Source: Truepera sp.
Lineage (GTDB): Bacteria; Deinococcota; Deinococci; Deinococcales; Trueperaceae
Length of the DNA: 64,000 nucleotides
Direction of reading: 5' to 3'
Assembly: GCA_965218435.1 (NCBI GenBank)
Contig: CBDCKW010000009.1
Location: 3,880,607-3,944,606 of the forward strand
The notes beneath the pieces were generated by a model. It made no database searches. It was given only the letters and a program-made list of their open reading frames with translations, and was not told the origin of the DNA. The translations under genes were made by a program, and so were the position numbers. This document shows, piece after piece, positions 8,937 to 19,547 of this stretch (position 1 is the first letter of the stretch; every line of letters begins with the position of its first letter).

Positions 8937-10112
8937 ATGACCGTAAACCGTGTTTTAGCCCTTGGTACGCTGACGCTTCTGAGCTTCGGCGCTCCGGCTG
9001 CCGCGCAAGACAATGCGCCCGCGCCGCCCTCTATCGGCGCGGATATTCCCACAACTTACTTCGGCCCGATGCCTTCAGGCGCGGCGCTCGACCCACGCGA
9101 CAAGGCGCTCGTCGGCCCGGTACCGCTACTCCGGGCGGCTACCCTCGACCTCGAAGCGGGTACCATGACGTTGCCTCTATACCGTGGTCAGATGAAAGAC
9201 GGCACGCCGGTATGGTATATCCTAACCGATACCACCGACAAAGCCAACGCTGACGCGCTGGGTCTCAACCACTCGGGCAAGTTGACCTACGCGGACGTCC
9301 CCGGCGCGACCCGCGTCGCAACCCTGGGCAACGACCTCAGCTTGACCTTTGAAGCAGGTACCGTCGACTTTGCGCCCGAACGGGTCCTCTTGCCCGGTCC
9401 GGTAGAAGCGCCGTTTCCACCTTCGGTAGCCGAACCCGGGTCGGTCGGGGACGAGGCGTACAGCCCCCTCGTCCGTATTCAAAATGCAGGCAACCACATC
9501 TATAACGCGCCCGTCCTCGCGTACGGGGTCGAGGCCAACGCGATCAACTTTTGCGACGGCAACCCAGACTACAGCTTGGTTCACGACAAGGTTCTAAAAA
9601 TCTGCCCTGCCGACATGACCGTTACGTTGCAACTGGTTCCCGGCTTTTCGTTCGCGCGTCCCATTATGTACGTCAGCTTCGACGCTTCGGACCCTATGGC
9701 AGCGGTGCTTGAAAAGGCGACCTACGCGCCTGCATTAGCTAACATCAAAGTCGGTTTCGACGATGGGGCCTTTAGTGCCGTCGAACGTCTGTTCGCCACC
9801 ATCAACGGTCCGACCGGCGCGGACAACCCGCAACGCCAAGGACTTAACAGTTTGCTGTTGGGGGAGGGTAACGGCCCGCTTAACCTATTCGGCGGCGTAC
9901 CGACCATCGCGCTCGACTACAGCCCGCTGTGGGACATGAACCTGGGTGAGTGGACCCAAGAGGCCATTGACAACGGCTACCGCTCGCGGATGATTGACGA
10001 GTTTCAGTATCTGGGTATGGCCGAGCAGGGCTGGATCACCGGGCCGGAGGGTAAACCGTTCGGCTCGAGCGGGATCATCATCAACTGTCCGGTTGTCTTT
10101 AGATTTCTCTAG
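8937..10112 (+). CDS. Secreted hypothetical protein
   Basis: AAGGAG RBS, Sec signal ending AAA-Q, 391-aa ORF with internal YSPL repeats; no function recognised. Confidence 0.8.
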   Translation: MTVNRVLALGTLTLLSFGAPAAAQDNAPAPPSIGADIPTTYFGPMPSGAALDPRDKALVGPVPLLRAATLDLEAGTMTLPLYRGQMKDGTPVWYILTDTTDKANADALGLNHSGKLTYADVPGATRVATLGNDLSLTFEAGTVDFAPERVLLPGPVEAPFPPSVAEPGSVGDEAYSPLVRIQNAGNHIYNAPVLAYGVEANAINFCDGNPDYSLVHDKVLKICPADMTVTLQLVPGFSFARPIMYVSFDASDPMAAVLEKATYAPALANIKVGFDDGAFSAVERLFATINGPTGADNPQRQGLNSLLLGEGNGPLNLFGGVPTIALDYSPLWDMNLGEWTQEAIDNGYRSRMIDEFQYLGMAEQGWITGPEGKPFGSSGIIINCPVVFRFL

Positions 10113-10278
10113 GTTGAAAAGGCGTTGGTAGGTGAGTGCCAGCGCCTTCATTTTTTACCTTGCCGACCCTATAGCAGGCAACACCCCGGTTTGAGCCAGT
10201 TCAAGTAAATAAAGCATAGTTCGGCACGCACATTTTGATGACAGCTGCGAGAACCTAACTCAGTAATTATAAAAACCG

Positions 10279-11370
10279 CTATGGTACGCGCTCTGCCGTT
10301 AGTACAGCTTTCAACGCTCCGCTGACCTCGCCCACCTGCTCGTCGCGTAAGTTCGGGTAGATCGGAAGCGCCAACAGTTCGCTTGCCGCCGCTCTCGCAT
10401 TGGCGCAGTCGCCGTGCGCTTTGCCCTTTAAGGGCGGCAGGTCGGGGAGCGCGTAGGGATAGTACGCCCTGGCCTCAACGCCCCGTTCGTTAAGACGCGC
10501 CATCGCATCGTCACGTTCACGCACGCGTATGACGTAAAGGTGATAGACCCCACCTGGCTGCGGAACCTTGACCGGCAGGTCAGCTAACAGCGTGTCGTAG
10601 CACCGGGCCAGTTCGCGGCGGCGATCGTTCCACGCGTCTAAATAGGGCAGTTTGACGCTTAAGACGGCGGCTTGCAGGGCGTCGAGCCTCGAGGTGTACC
10701 CCACCGCCTCATGGTAGTAAGGGCGCGTCGTCCCGTGAACGCGCAGCAGCCTCACCTGTTCGGCTACGTGAGCGTGCGGCGTCGTGACGAGGCCGCCGTC
10801 ACCGGCTGCGCCCAGGTTTTTAGTTGGATAAAACGAGTAACAGCAGGCGTCGCTCCAGCTGCCGACCGGTTTACCGTCCAAGGTTGCGCCGACGGCTTGC
10901 GCCGCGTCTTCGACGACCTTAAGATCATACTTTCGGGCAAGTTCAGCCAGCGCGGGTATATCGGCGGGCAGGCCGTAGAGATGCACCGGCAAGAGGGCTT
11001 TCGTGCGCGGCGTCAGCGCGGCCTCAGCAGCTTCGGCGGACAAGGTGAACGTACCAGGGTCAACGTCTACTAGCACTGGTTCTGCGCCGACCAAGAGCAC
11101 CGCTTCGGCCGAGGCGTAAAACGACAACGCCGGGACGATCACCTCGTCACCGGGGCCGATACCCAGCGCACGGAGTGCAAGCACCAGCGCGTCCGTGCCC
11201 GACCCGACGCCGACTGCGTGAGCCGAATTCGTATAGGCGGCAAACTCCGCTTCAAACCGGGCGACCCGCTCGCCCAAGACGAACTGACCGGTGCGGAGGG
11301 TGTCTAAGACAGTGGCCTCGAGCTTTTCCTGGACCTCAACCGGCAGCGCAAGGTCAAACAGCCGAATCAT
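10279..11370 (-). CDS. DegT/DnrJ/EryC1/StrS family PLP aminotransferase
   Basis: SGTDAL, VHLYG, VEDAAQA, SFYPTKNLGAAGDGG. Confidence 0.93.
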   Translation of the reverse strand: MIRLFDLALPVEVQEKLEATVLDTLRTGQFVLGERVARFEAEFAAYTNSAHAVGVGSGTDALVLALRALGIGPGDEVIVPALSFYASAEAVLLVGAEPVLVDVDPGTFTLSAEAAEAALTPRTKALLPVHLYGLPADIPALAELARKYDLKVVEDAAQAVGATLDGKPVGSWSDACCYSFYPTKNLGAAGDGGLVTTPHAHVAEQVRLLRVHGTTRPYYHEAVGYTSRLDALQAAVLSVKLPYLDAWNDRRRELARCYDTLLADLPVKVPQPGGVYHLYVIRVRERDDAMARLNERGVEARAYYPYALPDLPPLKGKAHGDCANARAAASELLALPIYPNLRDEQVGEVSGALKAVLTAERVP

Positions 11371-12248
11371 GAACCCCGGCCGCCTCGCCGCCGCGTCGCG
11401 GCGATGACCGTATTTTGCATCAGCATCGCCACCGTCATCGGTCCGACGCCGCCCGGAACCGGCGTCAAGTAACCGGCGACCTCGGTCACGTCAGCTGCAA
11501 CGTCGCCGCGCAAGGCCCAACCGGATTTTTTACCGGCGTCCTCTACACGAGTGATGCCCACATCGAGCACGACAGCGCCGGGTTTAACCATCTCCGGCGT
11601 AATCAAACCCACTCGCCCGACGGCTGCGACTAAGATGTCGGCTTCGGCGGTTAGCGCAGCGAGATCGCGCGTCTTCGAGTGCGCCACCGTCACCGTCGCG
11701 TCCCGCTGCAAAAAGAGCGCCGCTGCCGGTTTGCCCACCAGCGATGAGCGCCCCACGATCACAACTCGTTTGCCCGCTATCTTCAACTTGTAAAAGTCCA
11801 TGATCCGGATGAGCCCTGCCGGAGTACACGGCACGAGGGCGCGGCCCCCGTTCCAGAGCCGCCCGACGTTGACCGGATGAAAGCCGTCTACGTCTTTGGC
11901 CGGGTTGATCGCCTCTTGCACCACGCGAATATCGAGGTGCGGCGGCAAGGGGTCTTGCACCAAAATACCGTCAACCTCGGGGTCGTCGTTTAGCTCCCTC
12001 ACACGCGCGAGCAGGTCGTTTTGTGCGGTCATCTCGTCTAAGACGACAACTTGTGACCTGAGCCCAAGCTGTGTCGCGGCGCGGTCTTTACCGCGCACAT
12101 ACGCTACACTCGCCGGGTCTTCACCGACGCGAACTACGACGAGCTGCGGCGCGAAGGGGAGCGTCTGCAGCGTCTCTTTAAGTTCAGCGGTGACGCTTGC
12201 CGCGACCTCTTTACCGTCTAAACGCTCAGCTATATTCTTTTCAGGCAC
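11367..12248 (-). CDS. folD: Bifunctional methylenetetrahydrofolate dehydrogenase/cyclohydrolase
   Basis: YVRGK, KDVDGFHP, PCTPAG, TPVPGGVGPMT. Confidence 0.97.
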   Translation of the reverse strand: MPEKNIAERLDGKEVAASVTAELKETLQTLPFAPQLVVVRVGEDPASVAYVRGKDRAATQLGLRSQVVVLDEMTAQNDLLARVRELNDDPEVDGILVQDPLPPHLDIRVVQEAINPAKDVDGFHPVNVGRLWNGGRALVPCTPAGLIRIMDFYKLKIAGKRVVIVGRSSLVGKPAAALFLQRDATVTVAHSKTRDLAALTAEADILVAAVGRVGLITPEMVKPGAVVLDVGITRVEDAGKKSGWALRGDVAADVTEVAGYLTPVPGGVGPMTVAMLMQNTVIAATRRRGGRGS

Positions 12249-12249
12249 G

Positions 12250-12720
12250 CTAACCCTCCGTTACCGATTCGGGATTGTAAACACCTTCACGGTGCAGCTT
12301 CGCCAACACGCCGTTGACAAAACGCCCCGATTCTTCGCCGCCGTAGCGTTTGGCAATCCGCACGGCAACTTCGAACGTGACTTCGGGCGGCAGGTCTTCA
12401 TAGGTCATTTCAGTGAGGGCCAGCCGCAGCACGGCGAGGTCGGTTTGCGACATCTGCGAGAAGGTCCACCCCTCGAGCCCCCGCGCCAACCTTCCGTCAA
12501 GCTCGGCTTGGTGTTCGGCGAACGTCCGCACCAGCCGGTCGGCAAAGGCTGCGCCGTCGGCGTCCAAGCCTTCACCGTAAACTTCGGCAGCTTCGCCGGG
12601 GGTCTGTTCGGTCAGGTCGTCGCGGATACTCTGCCACACGTCTAACAGTGGTTCGTCGCCCCGTTCAGCTTGAAACAGGGCGCGAAACGCCAGCTCTCTG
12701 GCTCGCCGTCTAGAGGCCAT
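12250..12720 (-). CDS. nusB: Transcription antitermination factor NusB
   Basis: RRRARELAFRALF, DLAVLRLA, FVNGVL. Confidence 0.96.
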   Translation of the reverse strand: MASRRRARELAFRALFQAERGDEPLLDVWQSIRDDLTEQTPGEAAEVYGEGLDADGAAFADRLVRTFAEHQAELDGRLARGLEGWTFSQMSQTDLAVLRLALTEMTYEDLPPEVTFEVAVRIAKRYGGEESGRFVNGVLAKLHREGVYNPESVTEG

Positions 12721-12872
12721 AATTAGCAGGTATACCCTGGGGGCATACCCTTAGGGGGCACAGGCATGTCATCTGGTCGGTAAGGCCCTCCGTCATTATT
12801 CTGCTGACCCACATACACGTTCTAGAATATTGCCTGTATTGGTCTGAAAAAATGCTACTACATTCACTTGGT

Positions 12873-14210
12873 TTATCCCTGCATTCGTTTGGCGATAAAG
12901 GTGGTGTACACGGCCCCGCGCTGATAAAAGGCGTTGTCGAGGACGCGCAGGTGAAAGGGAATGGTGGTTTTGATACCTTCCAATACAGTTTCAGTCAAGG
13001 CGCGTTTCATCCGGGCAATGGCCTCTTCACGGGTCGGAGCCCAGGCGATGATCTTGGCCACCAGCGAGTCATAGTTGGGCGGAATCCGGTAACCTGAATA
13101 GACGTGCGAATCTACCCGGATGCCGGGGCCACCAGGCCAGTGTACGTCGGTTACGGTACCCGCTGAAGGCCGAAAATCGTGGTCGGGGTCTTCGGCATTG
13201 ACGCGCACTTCGATGGCGTGACCGGAAACCTGCACCTCATCTTGAGCGAGCGACAACCCCTGCCCCGCCGCCACGCGAAACTGTTCGTGAACCAAGTCAA
13301 AACGCGTGACCATCTCGGTGACAGGATGCTCGACCTGAATCCGGGTATTCATCTCGGAAAAATAAAATGAGCCGTCCCGGTCAACCAAAAACTCGCAGGT
13401 GCCGGCACCCCGGTAGTTGATGTGTTTGGCTAGGCGGACGGCGGCGTCGGCAATCTCGAGCCTTAACCCTTCATCCAAGGTGCTGGGGGCTTCTTCTAAA
13501 AGTTTCTGGTACCGCCTTTGAATCGAACAGTCGCGGTCGAAAAAATGAATGGCGTTGCCCTCACCGTCGCCAAAGACCTGAATCTCGACGTGGCGCGGCT
13601 CTTCTAAAAATTTCTCCATATACATCTCGCCGTTGCCGAAGGCTGCTTTTGCCTCTTCTTGCGCGTTGGTCAGGTTGCGCTGCAACTCGTCTTCAGCGCG
13701 GACGATCCGCATCCCGCGCCCGCCACCCCCGGCAGACGCTTTTAAGATCATCGGGTAGCCAATCTGTAAGGCAAAGTCCCTGGCTTCCTCAAACGATGCC
13801 AATGCGCCCGACCCCGGTACGACCGGGACGCTGCTCTCTTGCGCCACCCGGCGGGCGCTCGCCTTATCACCGATCGCGCGGATATTCCCCGGACGGGGGC
13901 CGATAAAGGTAATGCCGTGCTCTTCGCACTTTTGGGCAAATTCAGCGTTTTCGCTCAGGAAGCCGTAGCCGGGATGAATCGCCTCTGCGCCGGTGACGAG
14001 CGCCGCTGAGAGCAGGTTGCGTACATTCAAATACGACCCTGAAGACGCCGCCGGACCGACACAGATAGACTCATCGGCTAACAAGACCGGCAGCGAATTC
14101 TCATCGGCTTCCGAATACGCTTGCACCGCCGTCACACCGAGTTCGCGGGCCGCGCGGAGGACACGCAGGGCGATCTCGCCACGGTTGGCGATCAGAATTT
14201 TCTTAAACAT
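12873..14210 (-). CDS. accC: Acetyl-CoA carboxylase biotin carboxylase
   Basis: KILIANRGEIA, HPGYGFLSEN, GGGGRGM, EMNTRIQVEH. Confidence 0.97.
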   Translation of the reverse strand: MFKKILIANRGEIALRVLRAARELGVTAVQAYSEADENSLPVLLADESICVGPAASSGSYLNVRNLLSAALVTGAEAIHPGYGFLSENAEFAQKCEEHGITFIGPRPGNIRAIGDKASARRVAQESSVPVVPGSGALASFEEARDFALQIGYPMILKASAGGGGRGMRIVRAEDELQRNLTNAQEEAKAAFGNGEMYMEKFLEEPRHVEIQVFGDGEGNAIHFFDRDCSIQRRYQKLLEEAPSTLDEGLRLEIADAAVRLAKHINYRGAGTCEFLVDRDGSFYFSEMNTRIQVEHPVTEMVTRFDLVHEQFRVAAGQGLSLAQDEVQVSGHAIEVRVNAEDPDHDFRPSAGTVTDVHWPGGPGIRVDSHVYSGYRIPPNYDSLVAKIIAWAPTREEAIARMKRALTETVLEGIKTTIPFHLRVLDNAFYQRGAVYTTFIAKRMQG

Positions 14211-14305
14211 GTGAGACAGTCAGAATCCAGTAGTCAGCATTCAGTTGGGCTTGTACTGAACACTGACTACCGACTACTGACGCCTTTGTTAGTCGTTTCA
14301 TCACT

Positions 14306-14797
14306 TCAACCCGGCTCAATCCGAAACAAAGTCTGCCCGTACTCGACCGGCTCTTCGTTTTCGACCAAAATCTCGCGTACAGTGCCCGAAACCTCGGCTT
14401 CAATCTCGTTCATTAGCTTCATCGCCTCGATAATGCACAAGACCGTTCCGGCCTGCACCTTATCGCCAACCTTGACAAAATTGGGCACGTCGGGGCTCGG
14501 CGCAGCGTAGAGCGTGCCGACAATCGGGGCGGTGATCTCGAGCAAATTGCTCTTGTCCTCTTTGGGAGCTTCAGCGGTAGGCGCAGTGGGTGACGCAGCT
14601 TGTGCGGCTCCCGGTTGAGGGATCGGCGTCGGTGTAGGGTCGGGCGCGGCAGCTTGAGTTTGCGGCGCTGGGGCGGGCGCACTAGGCTCACCACCCCGTC
14701 GCACGCTCAGCTTGTAGTCGCTGGTCTCAAGCACGAGTTCAGTAATCCCCGACTCTTTGACGGACTCGAGCACCCGTTTTAACTCTTTGGCGTCCAT
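14306..14797 (-). CDS. accB: Biotin carboxyl carrier protein
   Basis: EAMKLMNEI biotinylation motif, Pro/Ala linker. Confidence 0.97.
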   Translation of the reverse strand: MDAKELKRVLESVKESGITELVLETSDYKLSVRRGGEPSAPAPAPQTQAAAPDPTPTPIPQPGAAQAASPTAPTAEAPKEDKSNLLEITAPIVGTLYAAPSPDVPNFVKVGDKVQAGTVLCIIEAMKLMNEIEAEVSGTVREILVENEEPVEYGQTLFRIEPG

Positions 14798-14801
14798 GCG
14801 T

Positions 14802-15359
14802 TTAGGCGCGGCCTAGATAGTCACCGGTCCGCGTGTCCACCCGGATGGTTTCGCCCTGGTCGATAAAGAGCGGCACGGCGACGGTCGCGCCGGTCTCCAA
14901 CACAGCTGGTTTTGAGCCGCCCGACACCGTGTCGCCTTTGACGCCGGGGTCGGTCCGGGTGATGGTCAGCGCCACGACGTTGGGCAAGGTGACCTTGAGC
15001 GCCTTGTCCTGAAAATAATCTACGGTCACCTCCATCGACTCTTTTAAGAACTTGACCGGCGTGCCGATCTGCTGGGCCGTCAGGGTCGGCTGGTCGAAGG
15101 TTTCGGTATCCATAAAGGTGTACACGTCGCCGTCGGTATAGAGGTACTGCATCGTGCGGTAGTCGATAAAGATGTCTTGCAGTTTTTCACCCGAGTTAAA
15201 GGTGCGCTCGACGATCGAGCCGGTTTCCATATTGCGAAACTTGGTCACGACTTTCGCCCCGCCGCGTCCCATTTTCAGGTGCGAATACTCTAAGCACTCC
15301 CAGAGCCCGCCGTCCATCTCAACTTTGGTGCCGTTACGCAGTTCGGTTACACTAATCAT
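14802..15359 (-). CDS. efp: Elongation factor P
   Basis: KMGRGGA loop (Arg type), [15 protein letters not shown]. Confidence 0.97.
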   Translation of the reverse strand: MISVTELRNGTKVEMDGGLWECLEYSHLKMGRGGAKVVTKFRNMETGSIVERTFNSGEKLQDIFIDYRTMQYLYTDGDVYTFMDTETFDQPTLTAQQIGTPVKFLKESMEVTVDYFQDKALKVTLPNVVALTITRTDPGVKGDTVSGGSKPAVLETGATVAVPLFIDQGETIRVDTRTGDYLGRA

Positions 15360-15515
15360 GATTCCTCCGTTGCTTTACAGATCATTTTTACCTTTGGTCG
15401 CTACCTGGTCCGGGTGAGGGGCGTACACCCCGCTGCAGGGTGACTGCGCCGCCAAACGCTATCAAATTAGTTTAACACCCGCGTCAATTACGCTGCTCTA
15501 AGGCTGCGCTACAGC

Positions 15516-16424
15516 CTAAAGGTCTAAAAACGTACCGTTTAAGCCGGATTCGGCGACGTAACCGGCGAGTTCAGCGGGGCTTAAAAGTTTCCCCCCGGTG
15601 ACGGCGATAAAGGCGGCCTCGAGCACATTTGTTGCCACGCTGCGGCCACTCAACCGGGGCGTTGTCGTCGCTAAGAGTGCTGCCCCACGCTGCTGTAGAA
15701 GTTGGGTGTCGTCTTGCGTCGTTGTGTTCGTTAAGATAATTTTACCGTCCAAACGCTCCGGCAAATAGCGGCGGATAAAATGCCAATCCCCGGCAATCAC
15801 GTCAGCCTCGCCGTAAACCTTTTTGTAAAAAGGGCTTAGCGTTTTGCCCTGGTTTTGTGCGTCTCCGGTGGGGTAGAGCAGGCTGATAGGCAGTTTTGTA
15901 ATCACCGGCAAAAGTGCTGCTGCCAGCACCCGCAACTGACGCACGCCGTAGATGAGTTTAGGAATACCGAGCGCAAACGCCAAATCACCAAAACTTACGT
16001 TTGCGCCGGTTTGAGTCAAAGCCTCCGCCATCCCGAAACGGTCTACGGCTGAAACCATCAGTACCCTTTTTCCCGAAAGCGGTACCCGGCAGTTCAGTTC
16101 TTGCACCACGCGGCGCTCGAGGCTCCCCTTAAGCCCTGCCCCACAGACAACCGGTGTCGTCTTCGCCTGCGCCGCGAGCCGCGCCGCCTGCCGGAGCGTA
16201 TAGCGCCTCTCACCCACGTAAAAATAAAGGTCTAACCCGCCCAGCCCGATGGCGTCTATCAGCCCGTGAACGCCCGCGTCAAGCTCATGAATGAGCGCCG
16301 CCGCCCGCTTGACGTTACCGTCTGTCCCGAGCCGCCGCACCGAGACTTCTTGACCTAAAAGGATGAGCGTTTCTGCAAAGTCACGTTTGGAAGAGCCTAG
16401 CGAGACGCTGACAACGTGTTTCAC
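15516..16424 (-). CDS. Conserved hypothetical protein (often labelled quinate 5-dehydrogenase-like)
   Basis: VVSVSLGSSKRD..GTDG..DAIGLGG; leaderless TAGACT-N7-GTG. Confidence 0.7.
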   Translation of the reverse strand: MKHVVSVSLGSSKRDFAETLILLGQEVSVRRLGTDGNVKRAAALIHELDAGVHGLIDAIGLGGLDLYFYVGERRYTLRQAARLAAQAKTTPVVCGAGLKGSLERRVVQELNCRVPLSGKRVLMVSAVDRFGMAEALTQTGANVSFGDLAFALGIPKLIYGVRQLRVLAAALLPVITKLPISLLYPTGDAQNQGKTLSPFYKKVYGEADVIAGDWHFIRRYLPERLDGKIILTNTTTQDDTQLLQQRGAALLATTTPRLSGRSVATNVLEAAFIAVTGGKLLSPAELAGYVAESGLNGTFLDL

Positions 16425-16584
16425 GGCCCTGAGTCTACCCTAATGTCCGAACAAGCGATAGTTTTGAGGTTGGCCTAAAGCTTAAGTAAGAGCGTGTAGC
16501 AACCAAAGGTTTTTAAGCGGTGTTATTCGGAGCTCGAGTCACGCAGTCGCATCTTTATCGTGAAGCATTCTGGGAAGGAGTGTC

Positions 16585-17580
16585 TCATAATTGAAACAAC
16601 ACCTCTGATGGCCGCCATCCCACAGCGTACTCGTCAGCTCTTCGCAACCACTCAGCTATTCGGTACTCCGGGGGCACAGACTTTTCCCAGTATTCCACAA
16701 ACAGCTCATCGTCCATGCGCTGCGCCGCGTCTAGCATTTCTTGTTCGATGTCCATAACCGAGCGCATGATGTAGATTCCGCCGCGCGTCTGGTCAGAACG
16801 CATAGCTACACTTCCCGCAGAGAACAAATCACGCGCCTGATGGCACAGTACCCCGTGATAGGTGAGCATAAAAAGTACCACGTCATCGTACTTATCCCGT
16901 TGCCTACTACCTTTAAGAATCTCAGGACATAACAAGACGCCCTCAGCCCTCAGCTTTCTTTTTTCTCCGATTGGCAGCTTGGTATAGAGGCGTGCTTGAA
17001 TGGGCAGCGTGTGTTCTTGTTCCTCACTATCCTCTAGCCACCAAAGACGTTCACCGGGTTTGAGACGGCCCCGTGCGTAATTCCGGATATGACCCATCTT
17101 TTCGTGGATAGAGAGTTTACGGAACTCGTTGTAATCAATCCCGAATTTTGCGAAGAGCGGCTCTTTTGCGCCTATCTCCAACTCAAAACGCGGCACATGG
17201 CTCGTTCTGACATGCATAACGCTATTTTCGTATTCATCCCAGCGTACTTCTGGGGTTCCTCCCATCTTGCCAAAAACCACATATACATACTTAACGTTGT
17301 CATCACGGCGAGATTCCAAAACGCTGTTTGCAACAGAGCGCCAAGCGTCCTTCGTCGTATGTTTGACCTCAACGCCGTACTCGCCCATCGAAATATCAGG
17401 GAAAGCGTGTGGGTGAGGGTCGTAATCAACCTCTATACCGTGAGGCTTGACGTAGATTTCTAAAAAATGCCTAACCCGGTTTTCAAATCCTTTTGAGTCC
17501 TCATAGGGTGATACAAGAGCCTCGTTTGTCAGATCACTACAAACTTGCGTCAGAATTGCTTCGAATTTCGTTTTCTCCAT
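16585..17580 (-). CDS. Putative Type II restriction endonuclease
   Basis: FPDI...GVEVK PD-(D/E)xK motif; overlaps a C5 methyltransferase; lower GC by eye. Confidence 0.75.
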   Translation of the reverse strand: MEKTKFEAILTQVCSDLTNEALVSPYEDSKGFENRVRHFLEIYVKPHGIEVDYDPHPHAFPDISMGEYGVEVKHTTKDAWRSVANSVLESRRDDNVKYVYVVFGKMGGTPEVRWDEYENSVMHVRTSHVPRFELEIGAKEPLFAKFGIDYNEFRKLSIHEKMGHIRNYARGRLKPGERLWWLEDSEEQEHTLPIQARLYTKLPIGEKRKLRAEGVLLCPEILKGSRQRDKYDDVVLFMLTYHGVLCHQARDLFSAGSVAMRSDQTRGGIYIMRSVMDIEQEMLDAAQRMDDELFVEYWEKSVPPEYRIAEWLRRADEYAVGWRPSEVLFQL

Positions 17581-18667
17581 TAAGGCAGTTTGACACAGCT
17601 CGAGCTATATGCCACGCCAAAACCGGAGGGACAGCGTTCCCGATCTGCCTCTCAGATTCTCTTAGAGCAGCCTTAAAGATGAAGTCATCCGGAAAAGATT
17701 GAATTCTTGCGGCTTCTCGCATTGACATCCTCCGCAACAATTTATAGTGAAAATGCGAGTTTCCATGCCACTCAGCGCGCACGGTATAACCGGGTCGTGA
17801 AGCTACAAGCTTTCTGTTGCCCTGATCGGGCGACACGGCGGCCAAACTCCAAACATGGTTGTTCTCGGGATTTCGCTCCCATCCCTCTAGGTCGCCTATA
17901 GCCTCTTCCGCAGTAATCCAAGATTCTTGACCCAGTGCCGGTACTGGTTTTTCAAAAGGTTTGACGCTAGGAAGACGGCCAACAATAAATACGCGCTCTC
18001 TAGTCTGCGGCACCTCGTAATTAGCAGCGTTGTATAGCGAATGGGTAACGTTGTAACCAAGAGCCGCGAAATCCTCGGTTATTTGGTTGAACGATTCAGT
18101 ATGGTTGCCGTGGGTAAGTGCTCTAACGTTCTCGACGACAAAAACGCTGGGACGGACACGCTTAACCGCCTCAACCATCGCTCTATAGAGGCCGCTACGC
18201 AAACCTTGAATACCTGCGCCTTTGCCATTTACAGAAATGTCCTGACAAGGAAACCCGCCGATAACCAAATCTGCGCTTTCAGGTAGGGAATGCAGATACT
18301 CCCACACGTCGCCCTCGTGAATACCTTCGTCAAGATTAGCTCTATAAGTAGCGCACGCCTTTGCGTTCAGTTCGTTTGCCCAGACGATTTTGTATGGGTT
18401 CTGCTCATAATGTCTTCCGAGAAAGGTAAAATTGCCGCGAAAACCCAAATCCATCCCACCGGCACCAGAAAACATTGACACTACGGTAAATATCTTCTGC
18501 GGCTCATGGGTTTGTGTGGCGTTTAGAGGTGTTTGTTGACTCGAGCTATCGTTTAAGGTTTCGAAAAGTGGCCCACTGTAGGCGCTGTGGGGTCGCTCCT
18601 GCACCTCATCCACTTCCAACAAAGCCGCTTCCGAGCGTCGTTTTGAGTTCGTCATGTCGCTTTGCAT
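17537..18667 (-). CDS. DNA (cytosine-5) methyltransferase
   Basis: FSGAGG, GGFPCQ, ENV, QTRERV, QIGNAVPP. Confidence 0.95.
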   Translation of the reverse strand: MQSDMTNSKRRSEAALLEVDEVQERPHSAYSGPLFETLNDSSSQQTPLNATQTHEPQKIFTVVSMFSGAGGMDLGFRGNFTFLGRHYEQNPYKIVWANELNAKACATYRANLDEGIHEGDVWEYLHSLPESADLVIGGFPCQDISVNGKGAGIQGLRSGLYRAMVEAVKRVRPSVFVVENVRALTHGNHTESFNQITEDFAALGYNVTHSLYNAANYEVPQTRERVFIVGRLPSVKPFEKPVPALGQESWITAEEAIGDLEGWERNPENNHVWSLAAVSPDQGNRKLVASRPGYTVRAEWHGNSHFHYKLLRRMSMREAARIQSFPDDFIFKAALRESERQIGNAVPPVLAWHIARAVSNCLNGENEIRSNSDASL

Positions 18668-18718
18668 CCCCTAGTTTGTATCATGACAGCCAGCTTAACA
18701 CAATAACTTACGCTAGCG

Positions 18719-18916
18719 TTAGCTTTTACTTGGGGGTCTGCCTGTTTTCTTTCTCGGCTTATCCGCAAAGGCTTCTACGTCTTCACGGACAAAGAGATGG
18801 TCACGTCCGCGCTTGTGCGATTTAAGCCTCTCAGAGTTAGCGAGCTGCCTTACTCGAGCTTCTGAAACTCGCAACAGAGCCGCTACTTCTTTTGTAGTCA
18901 GATACTCATCGCTCAC
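18719..18916 (-). CDS. Small excisionase-like HTH DNA-binding protein
   Basis: YLTTKEVAALLRVSEARVRQL; perfect TATAAT 7 nt before GTG 18916; C-terminal TGRP. Confidence 0.8.
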   Translation of the reverse strand: MSDEYLTTKEVAALLRVSEARVRQLANSERLKSHKRGRDHLFVREDVEAFADKPRKKTGRPPSKS

Positions 18917-19032
18917 TACATCAATTATAGAGGTTGAGTTCATACTGACTATGGGTAGGTTCTGGGAGCTGCTCTGCGCCTGAGGATTTTTGTATGTGGT
19001 CAAGATGGCTGATCGAAACGATAGAATAGAAA

Positions 19033-19133
19033 AGCCCCGCCAGTATTCAGCGGCACCTGACGATCACCCCTTATGGCTGCTTCTTCCGACCTGACCAGGT
19101 TCGAGGGTCGCCACCGCGCTGAGCCGACGGAGC
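19033..19133 (-). ncRNA. ffs: Signal recognition particle RNA (4.5S)
   Basis: Minus strand has GGTCAGGTCGGAAGAAGCAGCC (helix 8 with GGAA loop) inside a long hairpin with complementary ends. Confidence 0.93.
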
Positions 19134-19299
19134 GAACCGTAGGTTAGCACAGCAAAGTAGACCGCTGCAAATCTAGGTGACGCCAACACACAAAACTTTT
19201 ACGGGGCAAAAAGCGGCTTGCGTGTATGGACCGCAAAGCCTTGAGTCGCTACTTCGGAAAACCGAGCCTACGTGAAAAGCTTACGGGCGACGCGGCTGA

Positions 19300-19480
19300 T
19301 GGCGGTAGTCAGGGATTGGCCGTAACCCTGCAGACGCCCGCCACAGCTGCACCGTGCTCTATGTGCCGCGCGAGTTTTCGCGTCCGCTACCCGAGACAGT
19401 GACTTTGGGGACCGACTCGTCGGCTTTTGGATGCCGGTGACGGCACCATCACGCTCGCCTGTCCCGCAAACGAAGCACTC
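19300..19480 (+). pseudogene. Possible degraded GNAT acetyltransferase fragment
   Basis: Pieces QLHRALCAARVFASA..DRLVGF and GDGTITLA in different frames, with stops. Confidence 0.25.
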
Positions 19481-19547
19481 TCGGCCCGGTCGCTGAGCTT
19501 GCCTAATACTTTGCGGACGCCCCGAGCAAGCTGCTAGGCTGGCCCGT

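Noticed and set aside
11896..12645. 249-aa plus-strand ORF and the many similar antisense ORFs
   Set aside because: Shadow frames of well-supported genes in GC-rich DNA.
12721..12872. Expected Asp23/YqhY-type gene between accC and nusB
   Set aside because: The gap is too small and shows no remnant; absence alone is uninformative.
19200..19530. Possible RNase P RNA or other ncRNA next to ffs
   Set aside because: Lacks the conserved GAGGAAAGUCC and other hallmark motifs.
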